Source of the DNA: Eledone cirrhosa
Lineage: Eukaryota
Assembly: GCA_964016885.1 (NCBI GenBank)
Contig: CAXHJY010001354.1
Location: 1 to 41,183 of the forward strand
Direction: 5' to 3'
Length of the DNA: 41,183 nucleotides
Part shown: piece by piece, positions 29,560 through 41,183 of the stretch
Numbering within the stretch: the stretch's first letter is position 1
How the letters are laid out: each line of letters starts with the position of its first letter
Notes under the pieces: model-generated
Database searches by the model: none
What the model was told of the DNA's origin: nothing
The model's input: the letters and a program-made list of their open reading frames with translations, nothing else
Made by a program: the position numbers and the translations under genes

Positions 29560-29950
29560 TGTGTTGTGTTGTGGTTTGTGTCGAATGACTTGTGATATAA
29601 GTTGTTTGTGTTGTGGTGTGTTGTGGTTTGTGCTTGCTGTTAGTGTTGTGGTTTGTTGTGTTTTGTGTTGTTAGTGTTGTGGTGTGTTGTGGTTTGTGTT
29701 GTTAGTGTTGTGGTGTGTTGTGGTTTGTGTTGTGGTGTGTTGTAGTTTGTGTTGTTTGTGTTGTTGTGTTTTGTGTTGTTAGTGTTGTGGTGTATTGTGG
29801 TTTGTGTTGTTTGTGTTGTTAGTGTTGTGGTGTGTTTTGTGTTGTGGTGTGTTGTGGTTTGTGTTGTGGTGTGTTGTGTTTTGTGTTGTTAGTGTTGTGT
29901 TGTGGTGTGTTGTGGTTTGTTTGTGCTGTGGTGTGTTGTGGTGTGTTGTA
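29560..29950. repeat. (GTGTT/GTG) degenerate minisatellite
   Basis: Recurring gtgttgtggt units. Confidence 0.92.
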
Positions 29951-30226
29951 GTTTATTATAAAAGTTGTGTTTTATCTAGTGTCTAGTATCAAATGTAGAA
30001 ATATTGTCTTTCAAGCTAAAATGATGGAGCAGAAACATCATAAACTTTAACAGACATGAAAGAAATGGAAATTTATGAAGGTTTTTCCTGTTAACATTTC
30101 GACTAAAATTACATCTGCAAACAACAACAACGACAACCGCAAACAACAACAAATGAGAAATATAAATCCTACATGCCAATCAAAGGTTACACTCGGATTT
30201 CTTTAGATGAGATATGTAAATTATAT

Positions 30227-30293
30227 GCTGCTACTACTACTACTGCTGCTGCTACTACTACTATTACTACTACTGCTGCTGCTGCCACTACTG

Positions 30294-30354
<61 letters not shown>
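30227..30354. repeat. (CTA/CTG)n array
   Basis: Directly visible. Confidence 0.95.
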
Positions 30355-31562
30355 ATTATATTTTCCCCTCTTGAGATGAGGTTGTAGTATTTTTTACAAT
30401 AACTATTCTATCATTTCACACATGCACATACACACACACACACATGCACACACACACATACACACATGCACACTGATACAGACACACAGAGACACATTTA
30501 CACACACACACACACACATATATATATACATACACGCATATGTGTGTGTGTGGGTACATGACTATATGGGTGTATGAATATGTGTATATATTTGTATGTC
30601 AATATATATATATATATATGTGTGTGTATGGGGGAGTGTATGTATCAGTATATATGTGTATATATATATATTTTTGTAGTATCACATATGCACATATATA
30701 TTTTTACTGAATATATGTGTAAGTTATGGACCACACATGTACACCTTATCTTAGATTATGAGTTCAAACTGATTGTGGTCATATCACTGTGCTAACCTCA
30801 CCTCTAAGGAATTTGGCCTTCACAGATATAACACTATTTTCTAAATATATTCTCGTAAATGTTGAAATATCCAAGGAGGTAGTTCCAGTCGATATTTTCT
30901 CTTTACTATGATATTTCATTTTATCGTAAACCATTATAATGTAGTTTAGTTAAAAAATAAATATTAATTACCACTTATCTACTTATTATTTTTTAAACGA
31001 AGGAAGAAGGCACAAGTATATTTATTAGATTATATAAATATGGGATTAAATTCTTTAGAGTTTAGCTAAAAGATTACATTTTAATATGGAACATTAGCAA
31101 TGCCATTATATAAACTGTTATTTATTGCCTTCACTTTTCTTTATGTAAGCTACTTAGAAGTTATTGCAATCTCAATCTACGAGAGAAAATATTCCTATTT
31201 ACAGTTTTAAATAATGTATTTTTCAAAAACGAATTTTAGATAATTTCAGATAATATTGCGTTTAGCTTAATTTTAATATTTTAATAGCTAATTAAAGATT
31301 AATAAAAGAAAATTCTTGCGTGATTGAAGTGGAATCATTCTCCAATATATGACAATTTAACAAGAATGTCATTGGAAACTAATTATTAAAATTTGCTTTT
31401 ATACTTGAATTCCATGCTGATTATTTGTCATGCTAGAAATAGCAGACAACTATCTCTCATATCACACACTAATGTGATTATAAAAGTAGATATATTAAAG
31501 TAATCTTAGATACACTAAATATGAGTGAAGGTATATGGCCTAGTGGTGAGGGTGTTGGGCTT

Positions 31563-31637
31563 AATAATTGTTTCTACTTTTGGTACAAGGCCAGCAATTA
31601 CCCAGTGCATTACTGGTACTTTATTTTATCGACCCCG
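31563..31637 (-). mobile_element. SINE family A 3' fragment, same deletion variant as 22522
   Basis: aataattgtttctact..acaaggccagcaatt|acccagtgcattactggtactttattttatcgaccccgt. Confidence 0.85.
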
Positions 31638-31667
31638 TGCCGAGTTTACTAGAATTATTCTTTTGTA

Positions 31668-31845
31668 AGGCGGCAGATTTGCAGAATCAATTGAACGTCT
31701 GTTTTGCGATATTTATTCTGGTTCTCTGCCTTCTAAGTTCAAATCCCACCGAGGTCATCTTTACCTTTCATCATTTCGAGATCGATAAATAAAGTACCAA
31801 TCAAGTACTGGCACCAGTTATTCCTATTTCTTACTCCCCCCTCTC
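31668..31845 (+). mobile_element. SINE family A-related diverged copy
   Basis: ggcggcagatttgcagaatc...agttcaaatcccaccgaggtc..tttacctttcatcatttcgagatcgataaataaagtacca. Confidence 0.8.
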
Positions 31846-32861
31846 TCTGGAGGTAATCAGCTTTATATAGACTTGGATGTGGATGTACTCCGCTATGTTT
31901 GTACCGTATATCACGACGACGGCCCTTCGACTTCATCAGAAGTTCTTGGCCTACTTATATTTTAAATACAACTTTAAAACAATTATCAAAGTTACACTAT
32001 CGCTGAATAAGTAGAAAGCTGAATGTTTTCTATATTTTGCCGAGCATTGGTAGAAATTTTCTTTCGTTTCAAAACTAGGGATTATTGATATAGTAATAGT
32101 GAATAAATTGATTTCCTCTCTTTTCTGAAAGCCTTTTATTCGATTTAAACATTCTTATTTTCTCTTTCTAATGATTATAAATTTATCATCATTGCACTGA
32201 CCGTGTTACACGGCAATTCATTTATTATATAATACATGGTATTATGTTTTATAGAACAAAACACACAACAAACAAATTCCCATTCAAGATTAATATGCAA
32301 ATGGAAGAGTATAATAGAAGATTGCGAGAGAATCTTTCTCTATGAAAGTAAGAATGGTAAAAGAAGGAGGAAAGAAAGTCAAAGAAAAAGGCAACAGAAG
32401 CAAATAAAGATGAGTTGTAAAGACAGAACTGTGAGTTGCGTGAGAGCAAACAACGAGGAAGAAATGGCCGACGGCTGACAACTAAATATATTTAGTTATT
32501 ATAACAGAGTTAAGTCATGTGACATAACCTCAGATGACGTAGTGAACGCTGGAATTATTACAGTTAATATAACAATATAATTATTGTTCACTTTGAATTC
32601 ATAATAGAATATTGTTGACGTTTGAAAAGTCACATAAACTCACAAAAACTCTCACACACATTCACACACACTAACATACATTCACACACACTAACATACA
32701 TTCACACACACTAACATACATTCACACACACAAACATACACTCACACACACTCACACTCACACACACTCACACACACACACTCACACACACTAACACACA
32801 CTAACATACACTCACACATATAAAACAAGGAAATACACAATAGAGATATGCCAATAATATA

Positions 32862-32904
<43 letters not shown>

Positions 32905-32916
32905 TTTATATATATA

Positions 32917-32996
32917 GTTTAACGTTTGGTATAGTAGGACAATAATCTTTACGTTTTGGGCAGTAGTCTTTCATCAGAAGGTAGAATGAGAAATAA
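32917..32996 (-). mobile_element. Decayed HHR-bearing repeat fragment, homologous to 4158-4237
   Basis: Minus 32980-32947 reads CUU-CUGAUGA-A-AGAC(UACU)GCCC-AAAAC-GUA-AAG; stem I and CUGAUGA intact, G12 and stem II mutated. Confidence 0.6.
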
Positions 32997-33043
32997 TTTT
33001 AGAGACATAATAGTTGAAATAGTATGATAGAGAGTGAAAGTAG

Positions 33044-33217
33044 CATCTTTATATAACACCACCATTATACCATCTTTATATAACACCACCATTATACCAT
33101 CTTTATATAACACCACCATTATACCATCTTTATATAACACCACCATTACACCCTCTTTATATAACACCACCATTACACCATCTTTATATAACACCACCAT
33201 TATACCATCTTTATATA
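33044..33217. repeat. 27-bp minisatellite (catctttatataacaccaccattatac), ~6.4 copies
   Basis: Near-exact tandem copies. Confidence 0.95.
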
Positions 33218-33525
33218 TTCCAGTATTCAAAATTTCGGTGACATGCGAGTGACATTTTCTTTACGTATCAATTTTATCTGTTTTACTTGGTATGTTTTGT
33301 TCTGATGGTGGTGGAGAGGCGGTGGAAGGGGTGGGGATGATGGGGGTGGATGTGGTAGGTGGGTGGGGATGCTGGGGGTGGAGTAGTTCTGTGTTTTTGT
33401 TTCTGTAAATCCTCAAGTTAATCTTTATCCGGGAGTTTTATCAACGTGACAATTCACAAAGAGCGGAATAAAAGAGCGGAATGCTGGGCAGATTACGTAG
33501 AGTTCAGTTAGTACTCAGCCATCTG

Positions 33526-33563
<38 letters not shown>

Positions 33564-34024
33564 TATATTTACATACGTGTATATATATATATATATACAT
33601 ATATTTACATACGTGTATATATATATATATATTATATACACACATGCACACAGTGAGAGAGAGAGAGTAACCTGATAAAAAAATAACAGATTACAACGGG
33701 AAAGAAGAAAGATGGCGGGTAAAAGAAAAACCCAAGTAAATGAATAAAAAGACAATGAGAGGAGATGAGAAAAGATAATGAAATGGAAAGAAAGAGGTAA
33801 TAAGGGGTATATGATGTCATTTAGTAATTAGTAAATATTGTTAGGAATTAGAGTAGGGTGATTAAGGGGCGGACGGAACAGAAAACATTCCGAAAGGGAT
33901 TAGATCATACATTGTACTACAGAGGGCAGTGTATAGTGTACACACGTAAGTAGATTAAACTGCTTTTACAATGGATATGTATACACACATACATATATAT
34001 ATAATATAATATATACATATATAT

Positions 34025-34071
<47 letters not shown>

Positions 34072-34458
34072 TATATAAGTGGTTAAATATATATATACAT
34101 TATATATTTATGTGATATATATACATACATATGTATATATGTATGTATATACAATAGTATGTATGTCTGTATTAATTTTATCCTAAGGCAGAATGACAAT
34201 TTTCTAAGGTAAGATTTTATAATTTATTTCAATGATCTGGTAAAGAATGGTAATTGTTGTTATTACATTGCCAGAGGTGTCCTCACTAATGCTTACATAC
34301 ACACTAGCTGCTGCATACACATAGAATAACACGTATAAAAACACAGGTATACATACACACACTTATATATGTATATATCTATACATGCATATAGGTATAT
34401 ATTTATGCATGTATGTGTGCATTTACATATGTATGTAAGCATACATGCATTTATGCAC

Positions 34459-34528
<70 letters not shown>

Positions 34529-34596
34529 AAAAAGGGATGAAATCGAAAATGCAACTGAAGTCTTATTTTTTTAAAAATATATATATTTATTTGGTT

Positions 34597-34634
34597 CCTT
34601 TACCGGTTTCGCAGTTCTTTTGCTTTTCAAAAGG
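34597..34634 (-). ncRNA. Minimal type I hammerhead ribozyme, left-arm copy
   Basis: CCUU-UUGAAAA-GCA(AAAGAAC)UGC-GAAA-C-CG-GUA-AAGG; stem II shortened by one pair. Confidence 0.7.
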
Positions 34635-34751
34635 TGAGTTGAGATGGAGCTCGAAAAACCTGGTTTGCGAGCCAGTTCTTCCATATAAAACAAGTAACAT
34701 TTAGAGACCAACCAGATGTGAGAAAAACCACAGACCCTCCATCTCAACTCA

Positions 34752-34789
34752 CCTTTTGAAAAGCAGAAGAACTGCGAAACCGGTAAAGG
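34752..34789 (+). ncRNA. Minimal type I hammerhead ribozyme with compensatory U3-A8 core; predicted cleavage after 34785
   Basis: CCUU-UUGAAAA-GCAG(AAGAA)CUGC-GAAA-C-CG-GUA-AAGG: 4-bp stem I, 4-bp stem II closed by G-C, palindromic ACCGGU stem III, GUA triplet. Confidence 0.8.
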
Positions 34790-34918
34790 AACCAAATAAA
34801 TATATATATTTTTAAAAAATAAGACTTCAGTTGCATTTTCGATTTCATCCCTTTTTCTTTATACTTCCACTCGTGTAGGACACCTCGGTTATTTTTCATT
34901 TTGTAAAAAAAACCTCAC

Positions 34919-36627
<1,709 letters not shown>

Positions 36628-36704
36628 CATTTATAGATGTAAATATGTATGTATGTATTTATCTATCTATTAATTTACCTACCTGTTCCTACCTAGCTAG
36701 CAAC

Positions 36705-36763
<59 letters not shown>

Positions 36764-36955
36764 ACCATCCATCATAATATCTATCATTCTAGCCCTCTCT
36801 ATATCAGAATTACTTTATCACTGCACCTCTCTAAGTTATCCCAAAACTAATTGCTTCTCAAAACGCTGATGAATTCTCCCACCTACCCCATTTATACCCC
36901 AATCATTTTTCATCTCACGTCGCTGGAAAATCTAAATAGCAAACGAGTGCATCAT

Positions 36956-37073
<118 letters not shown>

Positions 37074-37138
37074 TATGATAGATCGATAAGTATATATAGG
37101 TATTATAGATATACATACACCCTCCAGTATCTCTCTCT

Positions 37139-37182
<44 letters not shown>

Positions 37183-37190
37183 ATATATAG

Positions 37191-37530
37191 TGTTATACTT
37201 TGGGAGGGTCATGTTGCCAATAAGAAACACACGCACCAGTTGCTTTCACTTCAATTTATTATAAATTAAATTTATAAATTTAGGAATTTATAAATTTCCG
37301 GTTGGTTGGTTCCACAACCAGATGATTGTTCATATATTGTCAAAGTTCTTTCGTCACACATTCTGTGACCTCTTCAGTGAAATTTATAAATTTAATTTAT
37401 AATAAATTGAAGTGAAAGCAACTGGTGCGTGTGTTTCTTATTGGCCACATGACCCTCCCAAAGTATAACAATATCGGTTTCAACACACGTTTTCAGATAA
37501 GGAATCTTGCTAAACAAATTCAGAAACGAA
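37191..37530. mobile_element. Foldback element: 91-bp inverted arms (37191-37281 / 37380-37470), 98-bp spacer containing an HHR, ~60-nt one-sided tail
   Basis: Arms differ at one base; flanked by (TCTA)n/(TA)n on the left and (TA)n on the right. Confidence 0.75.
37336..37383 (-). ncRNA. Minimal type I hammerhead ribozyme
   Basis: AUUUCA-CUGAAGA-G-GUCACA(GAAUG)UGUGAC-GAAA-G-AA-CUU-UGACAAU: intact CUGANGA and GAAA boxes, 6-bp stem II, tiny stem III, CUU triplet. Confidence 0.72.
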
Positions 37531-37885
37531 ATATATATATATATTCATATATATCCCAGAGAATGTGATCCCATCCGCTGATAAATAATTCTGCTAGGTT
37601 CGACCAAGCGCTGCTATTTATCCAAACCAAAGTGGGTCCCATTAGATATACGACCTTACCATATTTCCGTATTTACCCAGCAGTAGAAAATAACTTACAA
37701 TAAAAGAACGGATAGCATGGAAGTCTTGCAAAGATAAGGTTACAAGGCTATAGAAGGTTCTCGATTAAGAAATGAAGGACACACACACACACACACATAG
37801 TAAAAATGTATATAACTTATATAGCATATATATATAAATTAAATATATGTATGCATACATATACACCTTCCTTTTCCTTATTCAT

Positions 37886-38052
37886 ACACACACTCCAATA
37901 CACACACAGACACACACTCCAATACACACACAGACACACACTGCAATACACACACAGACACACACTCCAATACACACACATACACACACTCCAACACACA
38001 CACATACACACACTCCAACACACACACATACACACACTCCAACACACACACA
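37886..38052. repeat. 24-bp minisatellite (cacacactccaatacacacacaga-like), ~7 copies
   Basis: Directly visible. Confidence 0.9.
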
Positions 38053-38732
38053 GCCACACAAATAAATAAATATATATATATTATTTTCATTTATGTTCAT
38101 ACATGGAACAAAGTCGCTGCCTCAGGTTATATATATGTATACACACACACACACACAAAATGACACACACCCTACACACACACACACACACAACAGCCAT
38201 CATATGAACGTTAAATCATATATTGAAATTGAATAGCAATGGATGCCAGATCTCTGTTCCCTAAAATAGTTGATGCCTTATCAGCCTGTCTCTGCCACAT
38301 CCTTTAAATATACCACTTTCCATATATATTGCATGTGCAGCATCTTGTGCAAGCCTGCTAGATAAATAGATAAATACTGCATGCATTAATATAAATGCAT
38401 CTTCTGCAATACACATTGAGGAATTGAGCTTGCTGCAGATTAAAACAAATGGAGAGAATACAGAGAATCATGCAAATAGTAGCCTTGGTTTGTTTCTTTG
38501 AGTCGTATATATATATATATATATATATACAAGAAGGTAGTACAGCATAATCGAAGTCCTGGTTGCGGGCAAGCTAACGAATGCTGTCGGGTAGTGCAGC
38601 AAAAAGCACTCAATAAGGAAATTTACCTTAGAGTTATAACATTACGTTTAGACAGCTATGCAAATTGAAGACTGCGACCGAAATGCGAGCCGCTAGGACC
38701 AGAACAAAGAAAAAACCGACTCAGGGAAATGT

Positions 38733-41183
<2,451 letters not shown>

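Larger units (their letters stand above)
34522..34924 (+). mobile_element. Foldback element: ~128-bp inverted arms (34522-34649 / 34737-34863), 87-bp spacer, ~60-nt one-sided tail; putative non-autonomous Penelope-like element
   Basis: Arms differ by one substitution and one indel; (TA)n on both sides; HHR in each arm. Confidence 0.75.

Noticed and set aside
31890-31942. CUGAUGA on the minus strand
   Set aside because: No downstream GAAA closing a stem II
32236-32478. 80-aa basic ORF
   Set aside because: Purine-rich low-complexity sequence; no recognisable homology or splice context
34650-34736. Remnant PLE endonuclease coding sequence in the spacer
   Set aside because: No GIY-YIG or RT motif recognisable in the short frames
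38664-38690. ttgaaga...cgaaa
   Set aside because: No stem II pairing and a mismatched 3-8 position

Overview
AT-rich, eukaryotic, essentially non-coding window. About half is simple-sequence repeat, including several kb-long interrupted (TA)n arrays; the rest is SINE, LINE, Helitron and MITE relics. The repeat style suggests a cephalopod (Octopus-like) genome, which is an inference. Almost all ORFs in the supplied track are microsatellite artefacts, and no host gene can be called with confidence. The main signal is three short foldback elements set in (TA)n tracts (2593-3030, 34522-34924, 37191-37530). Each has near-perfect inverted arms, a 35-60 nt extension on one side only, and a minimal type I hammerhead ribozyme (HHR) motif. 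The best is an intact U3-A8 variant at 34752-34789. At least four more decayed HHR motifs are scattered through the window. The architecture fits non-autonomous, Penelope-like (PLE) or retrozyme-like ribozyme retroelements. Also present: a ~1.4 kb composite non-autonomous Helitron with an internal inverted duplication, a palindrome-anchored 55-bp tandem array, an RTE-type LINE 3' end with a C2H2 finger, and an old TA-flanked MITE. All structures were read by eye; no searches or folding programs were run.
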